DNA of 64,000 bases from the human T2T-CHM13v2.0 reference genome, Homo sapiens: assembly GCF_009914755.1 (NCBI RefSeq), contig NC_060931.1. One strand, given 5' to 3'. Every line of letters starts with the position of its first letter. Position 1 is the stretch's first letter. The notes beneath the pieces are model-generated. The model had not been told where the DNA came from. It did no database searches and was given only the letters and a program-made list of their open reading frames with translations. Shown piece after piece: positions 1 to 28,010 of this stretch. The position numbers and the translations under genes are program-made.

Positions 1-970
1 GTCACTATGAGCCACCACGCCTGGCCCGGTGGGTGTTTACAGCAGAGGTGGTTCAGGGAGGAGTGAGTGGCAGATGGTGCAGGCTCAGGGAGGAGTGAGT
101 GGCAGGTGGGGCCTGAGGCCAGAGGCAGGAGGACCGTTCAAGACTGAGGTGTCTTGGGCACTGGTGCCGGGGCCGGGGAGAGCCCTGGCATGCCGGGCCC
201 CGGCCCTCAGTGAAAGCAGGATGAGGTGGCGGCCAAGCAGGGAGGCCAAGGCCTGGCAGCAGCCGGCAGCCCCTCTCCTGGCAGGGACATCTTGGCAGGA
301 GCCGGGCTCTGCCCAGGGCGCTAATGTCCTCTTAATTAGCCAGGCACTTGCCAAGCACTTGCCGCTGCGGCCTCACTTTGCAGAACGCACTTGGGTTTGG
401 AGCAGGACCAGCATCGGCCACCGGGTGAGTAGGGGGGATGGCCAGGTGAGTACCATGGCCAGAAGGTGCGGCCTCTGAGTCCCCACTGAAGCCAATCCAG
501 GCCCCGACCTCTGGTCATCATCAACAGAAGAGTGACAGAAACAGAAAAGATATCAAGGAACACGTTTTCAGGGCCAGATTCCAGGTCCCCCACCTATTTT
601 CCTTTGCTCCTGCCTTGCCTGGCTCTGCCCCCTTGAACTCTTATTCACCCAGTGTAGGCATCACCTCCTCCTGAAGGCCCTCCTGGACTGCACAGTTAAC
701 TCTGGAGCCTCCCCTGCACAGGGCAGCTCATGTATGGATCCACAGGTGAGTTCCTGTCTTTGAAGGGTTACAGTTTAGGTCCTGGAGCAGTGGTGGGGAG
801 GTCACACCTCCACCCACATCCCTCTTTGCAAATCCCATGGGAACTATGAGCCTGGGTCCCCCAAACTGCATGTTCCCCACTTAAAGCTGGGCCAGATCCT
901 GTTTGCTGTATCCAGGCCTCAGTTTCCCTGCTTGTAACCAGAAGTCCATGCAGCCAGAAATTGTCAGGGA

Positions 971-1878
<908 letters not shown>

Positions 1879-1920
<42 letters not shown>
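1879..1920 (+). repeat. (TAA)n microsatellite derived from an Alu tail
   Basis: About 13-14 perfect TAA units directly after the Alu 3' end. Confidence 0.97.
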
Positions 1921-2371
1921 TGGTAGAGATGTTGGTAGAGGCAGGACAGTGGGAGTGACAGCCTGGTCCTGTCCTCCCGGGCTCTGGCTGACCATGCTGT
2001 AGTGTGGCTCAGGGCCCTGGAGGGCACAGCTGTCCTGTGGCCCTGTGGTCAGCCGGGAAGCCAGGCCTGGCAGGACTCCTGCCCTAGAATCAGCTCCTCC
2101 CACTCCCCAGGGTCCCATGCAGGGCGCTGGCCGTACCAGGCCTCCTCGCGGGTGCCACAGAGCCAGCGGCTGCACAGCAACAGAGACGCCATTCACAGGC
2201 TCTCGGCCACGAGGCCGCTCATTTACAGAGGGCTGAGCCGCTGACATCTGTGCGTTTGTAACATGGACAGCATTTCTGGTCCCATACAGACGCCTGGGCC
2301 AGCCACATTTATCTCCCCTTGAGAGAAGGGAAACGAGGCTCGGGAGGGAATGAGGGATTGGCTTGGGGTCA

Positions 2372-3452
<1,081 letters not shown>

Positions 3453-4046
3453 CTAGCACAGGGCTCAGGCCTAAAAAAAAGCTGTTGAGGAGGGTGTGAG
3501 GCTGCAACGTTGCGGTGAGAAGGGGGTCCCCAGGGAGGGCGCAGCAGGAAGCCCCAGGGAAGTGCCTGGGAGAGGGAGGTTGTGCAGCCAGAAGGAGCAG
3601 CCCGCAGCCTTTGGTTGTTGACTCCTGCTTTGTAAGTGGCAGTCTGGTTGGGTAGGACAGGGTCCGAGTCCTCACTCAGGGAACTGAGTCCAGGGTGAGC
3701 TGAGCAGCCCTTCCTGGTGGCCTCACTTTCCCCTGCAGAGCCTGCTGCATGGTGTCCAGTGGCCAGCCTGGGAGGAGCTCAGGACTGGCCTCACCTCGTG
3801 CCACGCCCTCGTACCAAGGTGGCTCAGATGGCACCTGGGTTCCCGAAGGGCCCAGGAACACAGCGTCCATGTCCCCATCCTTCCCCGGAGGGACTTGGGG
3901 TGGGGCCTGCAGGAAGGATCATGTGACTTGTTCAAGGGCAGCTTGTCCTGCCCCGGACACAGAGGTGCCCATCGTAAGCGAGATGCAGGCAAGGTGAGGA
4001 CAGGGCATGGTGCCGAGCAGGAATGATTTTCGAAAATGCTACTCTG

Positions 4047-4445
<399 letters not shown>

Positions 4446-4561
4446 TCACTCACTCACATCTGTACCCAATCTAGAGCAGGACAAACACCTATCACCTGCA
4501 CTGGCAATGGACAGAGGACAGTGGCAGCCCCATCACCAGAGGCATTCAAGCCAAGGCATTT

Positions 4562-4573
4562 TCTATCGTCTAT

Positions 4574-4628
<55 letters not shown>
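4562..4628 (+). repeat. (TATC)n / GATA tetranucleotide STR
   Basis: About 13 perfect TATC units adjoining an antisense Alu fragment. Confidence 0.97.
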
Positions 4629-4859
<231 letters not shown>

Positions 4860-6263
4860 TGATTTTTTCCATAGTATATGGCTCAGGGCAGAGCAAAGAA
4901 GCACAAAAACATGTTGGCTTGCGGTTGAGGGCTGATGGGAGGGGGTTCTGGCCAAAGCCCAAAATTAACAGCCACAACGTCAGTGTCTGTGGGAGGGGTT
5001 GCCAGGGGCGTGCGGGTTCTGGGGCTCAAGGCCCTGCCGGTAAACCCATTTGAAGCAGGATGGCAAGAAGGTGACACCATCTTCCCCCGCGCACTGAAAG
5101 CCCCTGGCTGGGATTGCCTGGGGCAGACACAGGCTCGGACCAGCCCCAGCAATCCCAGTTTATCAGCGAGCCGGCTGAGGGCCCGGAGTTATCTCAGTGC
5201 CCGGCCTGAGACCTTGTGGGCAGCCTGTGGTCATGCTGGCATTCCAGGGGCCTTTTGGCATGTGGGGAATGTCCAGGAAAAGCCTCAGCCTTCGGTGAGG
5301 CGCAGAAAAGGGAAGTGTCCCTAGAGGGGGTGGGTGAGGGCGTGGGAGGTGGTGTCTGCAGGGAATGTCCCCTTTGGGGGAGGAGGATGGAGGGTTGGGA
5401 TTCTGAGGATGGGGGGGGGGGCTGTAGCCAGCACCATGTCCCTCCTGTGTGACCAGCTCAGAGTCCCATGAAATTGGGGCTTGGGAGGGGAAGGGACACT
5501 GGCCTGGGAACCAGAGACCTGGGCTGGTCTGGCTCACAGTTGCTGGACCTCTGTGATCCGTGTCAAAAAACGAGAACACCAATTCCTGTCCTGCCCACTC
5601 ACCACCAGGTGGGACCTGAACCCTGGCATCGCCAGCATTGGGAATGTCGGCCACTGACTCAACCACTCTCCCGGAGACCTATTTGGGCCACCCGAGGCGG
5701 GTGCCTGGGCCACACGGAGGGGTCCTGGTGGTCTTCAGGGCAGCGGCTGTGGGGCTGAAGCCTCAAGGAACCACATCTCTGCATAGGAGGGCCAGGCTGC
5801 AGGGCCTCGGAGACAACCTAGTTGGGCGTGTTGGGGTCTGTGGGTCCCAGGTCCTGGCCTCACCGGGTCCCCACCGCGCTGTCAGCTCCCAGCCTCTTTC
5901 CCTCGTCTGCCTCTGGGCTTCTGTAAGGCTATGTGCTCCAAGGCCACCTCCTCCAGGCAGCCCTCAGACCCCCACCTTCGCCCAGTACCGATCTGCACCG
6001 TGGTCTCTGAAGTCTCCATCGTGACCTCAAACCTCGCTCGTCCTTGCTCCTAGCGAGGCTTGGGGTCGGGGTGTCCGAGGTGGGGGACATCCGGGGGGGT
6101 TAGGTGGCTGGCGCGGGGAGCCGGGGTTGTGAGGGGTGATGTCCTCAGGCGGCGGCGCTGCGGGGTGCGGCGAGGACACCGGTGGGGTGAGAGCACCGGC
6201 GGGGCAGCAGCGGGGGCCGCAGCGCCGGGTCCCTCGGCCCGGGGCCCCTCCCGCGCGGAGCCA

Positions 6264-7789
<1,526 letters not shown>

Positions 7790-9049
7790 TAGCCAGGCCT
7801 TTGATCCCGGCGGGGCGCGCCTCCACCTCCCCGTCTGCCCGGCCTTCCTCCACCTCCTCCCGCTGCCGGGCGGGGTCGGCCTCCGCTGGTGGGGGGGGGC
7901 GCGGGGTGTCAGCCCTTCCCCCCAGCCCCTCCTCCCGCGTCTGCCCCGCGCTCGAGGCCGCGGCCTTTGTGAGCAGGGGGGCGGGTCGCCTCGACTGGGT
8001 CCTCCCTCGCCCCCTTTGTCCTGCTCCATCTCTGCAGATGGGAAAACCAGATGCGGCGGGGCGGGGGAGGGGATCGGCTTTTGCGGTTCACCCCTGCAGA
8101 GGAGCCCCCCGCGCCGCCCCCGGGCCCAGGGCTCGGGTCCCGAGGTTCCCCAGGAGGCGGTCTCCCTCCTCGCGCCGCGGCCCGGGAACGGCGTGGCGCG
8201 GATGGCGGCCCTCCAGGCACCCCGCCCTTCGCCCGCCGCGCGCGTCTCCAGGCCGGTGCGCTGAGCTCCGCTCCGCGGGCGACCGAGGGCGGCTTCAGCG
8301 CGAGCCGGGAGACCCCAGGCCAGCTCCCTCGGGAAGCCCCTACCCTCTGGTGAACCCATCCCCTAGGGCGCTCGCCGGGAACAATTGACTGCAACTCGAT
8401 CCGTCCCCTCCGGGGCCTCCTGCAGGCACGGCTATTTGCGACCGGCCTGTGCGCCACTCTTTCCCTTCTTTCTCAGATTCTCCCCGAGGGGCTTTCTCTT
8501 CCTTTTGGCGTCCTCTTCCACTCCTGGCGGAGAAGCTGTTCCTTGCTTGCAGACAGAGGCCCCGCTGGAGGGAGGGGCGTGGGGGGATCTTTTTCCCTGG
8601 ATAGGAAGTCGGACCCCAGGCCTTGGAGATGGCTGGACGGGAGCCCAGTTTGTGTCCTCATCCCTCCTCTTGGAAGGAGCCCTCCTGACGGCCCCCCTCT
8701 TGGCTGTGGGCTCTGCAGGAGGGGGAAAGACCCCCCATGGCAGTGGGGGTGAGGGTGGAGGCCTGGGTGGGGTAATGGCCATTTTGTGCCTGAAGTTTGC
8801 TACCTTAAGTCCCAGAGAGGTGAAGCTGCTTGTCATGGGTCACACAGCAAGTGACCACAAGGAAGCAGCATGCAGAAGTGGGTGCATTTGGCTCCAGAAA
8901 CCCCGTTTCCTGTTTCCCACAGCGCATGGCGGGCAGAGCTCCTCACCTGATCAGCAGGCATTGAGCCCTACTAAGGGGACCTGCTGAGCCATGAGTGAAC
9001 CAGTGGGGTTCACGTTCTCTTGGGGACATTACGAAGTGTCAAGGAAAAG

Positions 9050-9270
9050 GCAGCGGGTACAGGTTATTAGATGGCTGAGTCCTTTCTGAGCAGGACATTT
9101 GAGCTGGCCTGAAGGATGAATAGAAGGTGGCAGGTATGGGGGGGGTGCTGTGTGGACCAGCGTTGTAGGCTGTGGGTGTCTCCTGTGCAAAGGTCTTATG
9201 GCAGGAAGGTACAGAGAAAGCCCAGTGTGGCTGGGAGGAAGCTTGTGAGGTCTGGGCCACGGGACCTTGG
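9050..9270 (-). mobile_element. L2-like fragment
   Basis: gacatttgagctggcctgaaggatgaatag...tgtgcaaaggtc resembles the L2 3' region in antisense. Recognised by eye. Confidence 0.5.
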
Positions 9271-10592
9271 GTGAGAGCTTAGTGCAGGGCTATGGTCCTT
9301 GCCTTGGGGTTGCAGCCACAGCCTCCCGTGGGGAAGAAGTCGCAGAAGTAGGTGGCCTTGGCCCTGGGGGCCAGGAAGTTGCAGAGAGCCTGAGGGTGTT
9401 TTTGGCGAGCCTGGGCAGATAACTCCCCTCTCCTGAGAAGCTTGCTGGGGGCGTCTGGTGTGTGATTCAGGCTGATAGGGTGGGAGGAACCAGAAATTGC
9501 AGCCAGGAGAGGTGGTGGTGATGGCTCAGCTTGGAGTTGAAAGGGATGTGGGACGGCGCGGGGGTGGGGGTACTTGGGGGCCGAGGTTGGGGCTCCTCTG
9601 GCCTCAGATCTTGGGGTCCTTATCTCGTTTCTATGTCAGCCAACTCCCGGGGGGCTTTTGGGAACTGGAGTCTGCAGGGGTGGGCGTGGGGGGCGTGTCT
9701 GCAGAGGCCATTTTGGACGGGCCTGCGTGGCAAGGGGGAGGCGTCTGCTTCCGACACACATGCTGGGGAACGCCAGCCAGGAAGGGGAGGATCCGGACTT
9801 AGCTGGCAGGGGGGATGTGAATCATCTCTGCAGGCCTGCACGGGCGGGCCCGGTGGGGGCAGGGTGCTCCCCTTTGAAAAACGCTGCGCCCTGCTCTTCA
9901 GCCTCAGTTTCCCCATCTGTAAAGTGTGCATTCCAGGCCTCCTTGGGCTGGCCCAGAGCTGCCCTGGGCAGGGGCTTTCAGCCCTTCACACCAGAGGCTG
10001 GGTCAGCTGAGTGAGTGCTCCTTTGTCCTCCCGCCATGCCCCAGGCTCCTCCCTGCTCCCCAGGATCCACACCTACCCTGGCCCCGACCCTGGGCCATGC
10101 CTCACCACACTTCCTGTCTTCTCTCACATCTCTCACATCTGGGAGTCCTCTCCCGCCAGCCTGTGCTTGCATCTGGGGATCCATGCCAGGGATAGGACCT
10201 GTCCTCCCTGCTGGCTTGGGACATGCCCTCTCCCAGCCACTCTGAGGAGGGCTGACTGAGGAAGGGCTCGTCAAGCTGGGCTTTGCAGGATGTGTAAGAG
10301 TTCTCCCCACGAGGCGCAGGGCATTCTGAGCCCAGGGAATGGCTTGTATAAGGATGCAGAGGCATTTGAAATGGCCAAGTAGTTGCAGGAATCGACTGGA
10401 AACCGGGGTGGTAAGGTGAAGCCATAGAACATTCCAGGCCCCCTCCCCTAAATGAGATGGAAGGAGTGCCTGTTTTGAACAAGCCAGGGGCATCTGGGGA
10501 CCGTTAAGGCCTGGGGGTGGTGATGGGGACTGGAGGGTGTGAGGCAACCAGGGGGTGCCCCTCTGAGCCACCACAGACAGAATGGTTCAGAA

Positions 10593-11447
<855 letters not shown>

Positions 11448-12929
11448 TCAGGATTTCTGTGCCTCTGTTGATGAAAAGAAAAATCCTGAAGAAAACACTG
11501 TTCCCATAGTAACACAGCTCTAATTAGAGACTCCAAGGCCAAGCGAGGGCCTTGGAGCCAGGAGGGGCCCTGCTCTACTGGGGGGACGACACCCCTTTCC
11601 CCTATCCCTCCCTGCTGGGGTGTGGCCTGATGTCTACGTGGCACCAGGCCCCTAAATCCTTTCAACATCCTGGCGGAGCGGAGAGGCTGGGCCCTTTTGA
11701 CAGGTGGGGAAACTGAGGAAGGTTGCAGGGAAGGCACTCATCCAAGGGTGCCTGGCCCCCCGCGGTGGGTGCCTCACTGGCTGGCCTAAACCTTTGCATC
11801 AAACCAGTTCCAGGATTGAACGCAACAGGCTGATGGGGACTGAGTCGTGGTACAGATGGCGGCAGTTGTGTGGCCCTGGGCCCAGGAATGGCTGGGAAGC
11901 TCCCTTTCTTCTCTGGCTTGGGGGATGAGGTTAGTGTAAATTTCATGGAGTTGCCAGGAGGATTAAGGCCGACGTGCATTCACACGTGGCCCCGTGGCTG
12001 CCGCCAGTTAAGCCCTGCGCAGCCATTGGAAGTCTCATTGAGAAGGAGCCTCCCGGCTTCCTGCATTTGTTCCAGGCGGGCTGGTAAGCGCCCTGCTTAT
12101 TTGCAAGGCTGTGTGAGGACGAGCCCTGTAAACCCTAGGACGAGGCTGTGCTAATGTGGTTTCTGTTCCACTGTCTCCCCTTCTCCTTTTGCCCCTCTTT
12201 CTGGGGAACCTGGAGCCCCTGATGCCCTCTGTTTTTTCCTGCTGCTGGGGTGGACCTAGAACCTCTCCCTCCATCCTTTCTGCTGCTGGGGTGGGCCTGC
12301 AGGAGGCTGTCCTCTTACCTGGTCCCTAACTTCCCTCCGATCAGCGGGGCTTCAGCGGAGCCCCAGCGCATTGGACAGGTGGTGCTCTGTGGCCGGCACA
12401 GGCCAGGGCCCAGGGTGCGGCCCCTGCCTGTAGGTAGACATGCAGGCCCTTCTGAGCAGAATGAGGGGGCGGTGAGGGCAGCTGTGCGGGTGTGGCTGGC
12501 CTGACGGCTCCCTGCAGCCCTGCGGCTTCTGTGCAGTGGGGGTGGGGCGGGCCAGACCTTTGCAGGGCCTCTTGGCTGGTGGAGGGCTGAGTGAGCAGAG
12601 GCCCCAGCCCTCGTGTTCCCTGGGGTGTGGCCTTAGGATGGTCCCGGCACCCTGGGGACCCAGCCCCTGCTCACCTTATCCTCCTCCCGTGCTTGGCTGG
12701 GGTGTGGTGGCTGAGCCAGCCCACCCAGTGCGGTGGATGCTCGTCGGAGGGCAGAGGGTGGGCTACCGGCTTAAGGGGCCCCAGGGAACCTGGGGGGTGG
12801 AGCCCAAGGGGTTCCAAGAAGGGGCGGGGCCAGGAACCCATAGACAAGAGGGTGGGGCAGGGAAAGGGCGTGGCAAGAGGGCCACCCACCTCCGGTCCAG
12901 AGAGCCAGCCAGACCCTTACTTTCTCTTG

Positions 12930-13000
12930 CTGTGTGACCTTAGGCAAGGACATGCCACCACCGGCCTTAGTCTCCCTCTTTGTGAAGTAGGATGAAGATC
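12930..13000 (+). mobile_element. MIR core fragment
   Basis: gctgtgtgaccttaggcaag...ccttagtctccctctttgtgaagtagg matches the MIR core pattern. Confidence 0.6.
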
Positions 13001-13058
13001 CCCACCTGTGGAGCAGATGTGGGGCTGCATGGTTGGGTCAGGATGGAACAGGATGGGG

Positions 13059-16538
<3,480 letters not shown>

Positions 16539-16602
16539 CCCTATTATTTCTCTAACTGGGGAAAGTCATGTGGGAACAGATGTAGCTTGCCTTGGCCTCT
16601 GA

Positions 16603-16944
<342 letters not shown>

Positions 16945-17025
16945 TGAGTGCCTCGCTCCCACCTGTCACCGCCCCCACCACCTTGCCTGGGCTACCCCGC
17001 CTGACCCTGTCCCGCCATCCCCCAG

Positions 17026-17147
17026 GAATGCCAGCTGCTACTTTGACATCGAGTGGCGTGACCGGCGCATCACACTGAGGGCGTCCAATGGCAAGTTTGT
17101 GACCTCCAAGAAGAATGGGCAGCTGGCCGCCTCGGTGGAGACAGCAG
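17026..17147 (+). CDS. FSCN1: Fascin-1 coding exon 3 (122 nt)
   Basis: Acceptor cccccag|G after an 82-nt intron. Encodes [40 protein letters not shown]. Donor CAG|GTAACA. Confidence 0.98.
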
Positions 17148-17392
17148 GTAACACTAAAGCCCCAGTTCCCTGGAGCCGTCCTGGAGTCCTGGAGGGTCTG
17201 GCCATGCCGTGGTCACTTGGTAGCCCCAGCCAAGGCCTGCTCTGTGCTGGGCATCCCCCCGGACTGGCCCCGCACTGTCCTACCCTGGGGACTGCTGTGT
17301 GACCCCAGCTCCTGGCCCTCCCTCTCTGGTCACCCCAGCCTCCACCCCACTCCCTGCCAGGAGGCTCACTGACTCCCCTCTTTCTGGGACAG

Positions 17393-17560
17393 GGGACTCA
17401 GAGCTCTTCCTCATGAAGCTCATCAACCGCCCCATCATCGTGTTCCGCGGGGAGCATGGCTTCATCGGCTGCCGCAAGGTCACGGGCACCCTGGACGCCA
17501 ACCGCTCCAGCTATGACGTCTTCCAGCTGGAGTTCAACGATGGCGCCTACAACATCAAAG
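17393..17560 (+). CDS. FSCN1: Fascin-1 coding exon 4 (168 nt), ending at a GC donor
   Basis: Acceptor ggacag|GG. Encodes [55 protein letters not shown]. The frame to exon 5 is kept only with AAG|GCAGGT. Confidence 0.97.
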
Positions 17561-17687
17561 GCAGGTTCTCCTGTGGGCAGCTGCTGGGCAGGGAACCCCT
17601 CGGTCGGGGCTGGGGTCAGTGCTGCGGGGAGCGCCCTCTGCATCCACACTGGACCCTGGCTTGGCTCAGGGCCATTCCAGGCCCTAA

Positions 17688-18598
<911 letters not shown>

Positions 18599-18752
18599 GA
18601 GCAGAACACGTTCTAGGACCCTTGTTCATGTGTCCATCATGGACAGGAGGACGTGCGGGCCATAGGGACCCTGGCTCATTCCGGAGCCGGGACTGGAGGG
18701 TGGGGCGTCACCCTTGGGAACACCCGTGCCCACCCTCCGCTGCCCAGGGTAG

Positions 18753-19004
<252 letters not shown>

Positions 19005-20180
19005 GGCCGGCCCGTCCTTCCCCGCCCCTGCCCACATGGCGGCTCCTGCCAACCCTCCCTGCTAACCCCTTCTCCGCCAGGTGGGCTCCAGGGCGGGAGG
19101 CAAGCCCCCTTGCCTTTCAAACTGGAAACCCCAGAGAAAACGGTGCCCCCACCTGTCGCCCCTATGGACTCCCCACTCTCCCCTCCGCCCGGGTTCCCTA
19201 CTCCCCTCGGGTCAGCGGCTGCGGCCTGGCCCTGGGAGGGATTTCAGATGCCCCTGCCCTCTTGTCTGCCACGGGGCGAGTCTGGCACCTCTTTCTTCTG
19301 ACCTCAGACGGCTCTGAGCCTTATTTCTCTGGAAGCGGCTAAGGGACGGTTGGGGGCTGGGAGCCCTGGGCGTGTAGTGTAACTGGAATCTTTTGCCTCT
19401 CCCAGCCACCTCCTCCCAGCCCCCCAGGAGAGCTGGGCACATGTCCCAAGCCTGTCAGTGGCCCTCCCTGGTGCACTGTCCCCGAAACCCCTGCTTGGGA
19501 AGGGAAGCTGTCGGGTGGGCTAGGACTGACCCTTGTGGTGTTTTTTTGGGTGGTGGCTGGAAACAGCCCCTCTCCCACGTGGCAGAGGCTCAGCCTGGCT
19601 CCCTTCCCTGGAGCGGCAGGGCGTGACGGCCACAGGGTCTGCCCGCTGCACGTTCTGCCAAGGTGGTGGTGGCGGGCGGGTAGGGGTGTGGGGGCCGTCT
19701 TCCTCCTGTCTCTTTCCTTTCACCCTAGCCTGACTGGAAGCAGAAAATGACCAAATCAGTATTTTTTTTAATGAAATATTATTGCTGGAGGCGTCCCAGG
19801 CAAGCCTGGCTGTAGTAGCGAGTGATCTGGCGGGGGGCGTCTCAGCACCCTCCCCAGGGGGTGCATCTCAGCCCCCTCTTTCCGTCCTTCCCGTCCAGCC
19901 CCAGCCCTGGGCCTGGGCTGCCGACACCTGGGCCAGAGCCCCTGCTGTGATTGGTGCTCCCTGGGCCTCCCGGGTGGATGAAGCCAGGCGTCGCCCCCTC
20001 CGGGAGCCCTGGGGTGAGCCGCCGGGGCCCCCCTGCTGCCAGCCTCCCCCGTCCCCAACATGCATCTCACTCTGGGTGTCTTGGTCTTTTATTTTTTGTA
20101 AGTGTCATTTGTATAACTCTAAACGCCCATGATAGTAGCTTCAAACTGGAAATAGCGAAATAAAATAACTCAGTCTGCAG
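19005..20180 (+). other. FSCN1: FSCN1 3'UTR (~1.17 kb; 3' end approximate)
   Basis: Repeat-free sequence between the stop codon and AATAAA, with U-rich and UGUA elements near the end. Confidence 0.9.
20159..20164 (+). terminator. FSCN1: FSCN1 polyadenylation signal AATAAA
   Basis: AATAAA preceded by TGTA motifs (20097, 20110) and followed by a GU-rich element tgtgtgtgtctt (~20194-20205). Confidence 0.9.
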
Positions 20181-20959
20181 CCCCAGGCCGGCCTGTGTGT
20201 GTCTTGGGGCTGAGGTGGGTGGGGGGGCTGAGGTGGGTGGGAGGGCTGGCGGGACAGGTAGGCGCCCTGGCTCCCCAGCTCAGTGCTGGGAGTGTGCAGT
20301 GGGAGGGAGGCCGTGGCTCCAGTGGGTGCTCCGGAGCTCGTGGGCCCAGCACACCTCCTTAAGCGGGGGATGGAGCGCTGGGAGGGGGTGGACTGTGGCC
20401 CATGCGACCCCCAGAGCCATTAGGAGGAGTTCTGTGGTGAGAAGTGGCTGTGGCTCCTCGTAGGCTACGTCCACCATGCGGGGGACCTCGGGGGTGTCTG
20501 GCGGTGGCACGCTGGATGTTGAGAAGGCGCAGCCCAGGGAACACTCAAACCAGGAGACCCCACATTATCCTCTAGTTGACATGTGCCCTTCGACTAGGGG
20601 ACTTGGTGGTAGGGGCAGCTCCGCCCCCATACTGCGAGGATCCGGGCCTTCCACTTCCCCAGACACAGCAGGTTGGGGTGCCCCTGGGGCTGGGAGATGC
20701 TGCCCTGGGCCCCTCAGGGGGCGGCCGTGGTAGGATGGACCGGGCCGAGCGTGCAGACCCTGGGCAGGTCCCTACATCGGAACCAGCAGCCCTGGGGATA
20801 TCTGGCATATCAGAGGCTGAGGACTGTTTCCAGACTTTACCAAGGCCACAGTCAGGGCGACCTGGGTTCTGAGCCTCCCTTTGCATCCTAGGCTGCAGGG
20901 ACAGGGGCTGGGCAGAGGCTCGCGGACCTCGTGCAGCTTCATTCACTCCCAGGTGCCCC

Positions 20960-21935
20960 TAAGGATAGCAGCTGCGAGAAGACTGAGGGGAGGAGCAGTA
21001 AGGCGCAGCCTGGAGCGGAGGGACCTGGCGTCCAGTCATTGTGCGCTGGGAAGGCGGTGATGGCGACGGAATTTGGGACACGCGGGGCGTCCCGGGGGCA
21101 GCCAGGGCACTGCAGGCCGGAGCCCCCTGTTCCCCCGCATCCTCCCCGCCGTCGGCAGCAGAGCAAGCGCTGATTGGCTGCTGATGACGCAACTGGGAGG
21201 GCTGCGCTGTGATAGGTGGTCCCTCGGGGGCGTGGGGCGCAAGTCTTGAGATTGGCAGGGGCAGGTGGCTGCTGCAGAGGGAAGTCGGGGTCACCTCAGC
21301 GAGGTTCCGGCGGCCACCCCTCTCCCCTCCCCCATGAAAGCCAGGCTGGAAGCCAGAAAAATCCCAGTGACTGGAAGGGACAGATTAATCCTCCGGAACC
21401 AAACTCTTTGAGACCTGGGGAGGAGGGTGGGAGGCACTGGGAAGGGGGATTGGGGGGAGCCTGGCTCATTTCCACCCATGGAGCTGACCTAGAATGACCC
21501 TAAGGTCCCCGGAGCCACCAGCTGATTCCGAATTCCATTCATTCTGCAAAATTTGGCGCCTACCACGTGGCCGAGATTCCCGAGGCTGCAGCCAATGAGC
21601 AGCATAGTCCGATGGGGGAGGCTGGAAGGGCCGTTCACGAGATCTCTCGGGAGGAATCGGTAGGAGCTGCCCAACTGAAAGGGACGGGGGAATAACCCGG
21701 GGCGAGGGACCTGCCCAGGCCCTGCCCTCTGGGGGGAAGCCAGGCCAGGGGCCGGGGGCATCTCTGGGGTCCCAGGTGAGATGCGGGTCGAGGGAGCCAG
21801 GCCACGGTTCTCCAGACTCGCGTGGAGGCCACGAGCGTCTTCTGGAGGAGCGGGCACTGCGCGGACCGGCAGACTCTGGGGCGCTCAGGCTCCCCATCTC
21901 CTGACCTTTTCCTACCTTCAGTTCCCTCCTGTCAG
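20960..21935. promoter_or_regulatory. Intergenic CpG-rich promoter/enhancer-like element
   Basis: Local CpG enrichment with ATTGG 21173 and 21251, CCAAT 21592, TGACGCAA 21185, TTTGGCGCC 21552 and CCACGTGG 21563. Confidence 0.55.
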
Positions 21936-22500
21936 GACAGGTTCTGGGGCTCGCCGGGGCAGGGAGCCAGGGCAGAGGGTGCAGTTTCCGCTCCTGCCTG
22001 AGTCACCTTCGCTTTCTCAGCGATTCTTCATTCACAAGGGCGTGGCCCATCACACGCACTCACACACTTGTGAACTTGCACGCACACACACATATGGACC
22101 TGTGCAAAGAGCCCCATGCACAGGCAGGTACACGTGCATGTAGGCGTGCACACAGACACGCACAGATGCAGGCAGACCAACTCCCAGGAATCTGTCTCCA
22201 GCCTACAGGGATTCAGCACTCAGGGTACCAGCCTCTGTCCCGTGCACCCCCATTCCCGGCAGTTCTCCCAGGTGGGTCGGGGGCCACTAGGGACCCCATA
22301 CCCCGAGGGTGGCTCCTCCATTAAGCCTGCCATGGGGTTGGGAGTGAGAGTCCCACCTCCCACTTGAGAGTCCCCAGTGAGTCAAGGCAAGTGCAGCCAG
22401 GGCTCCAAGATCCTTGTTGGGATTCACTGTGATCCCCAAAGATCACGACTTAAGGGAAAACATTCAATTAAACTTGTTAGAGCAAAGAAAGGAGAGACTG

Positions 22501-28010
<5,510 letters not shown>

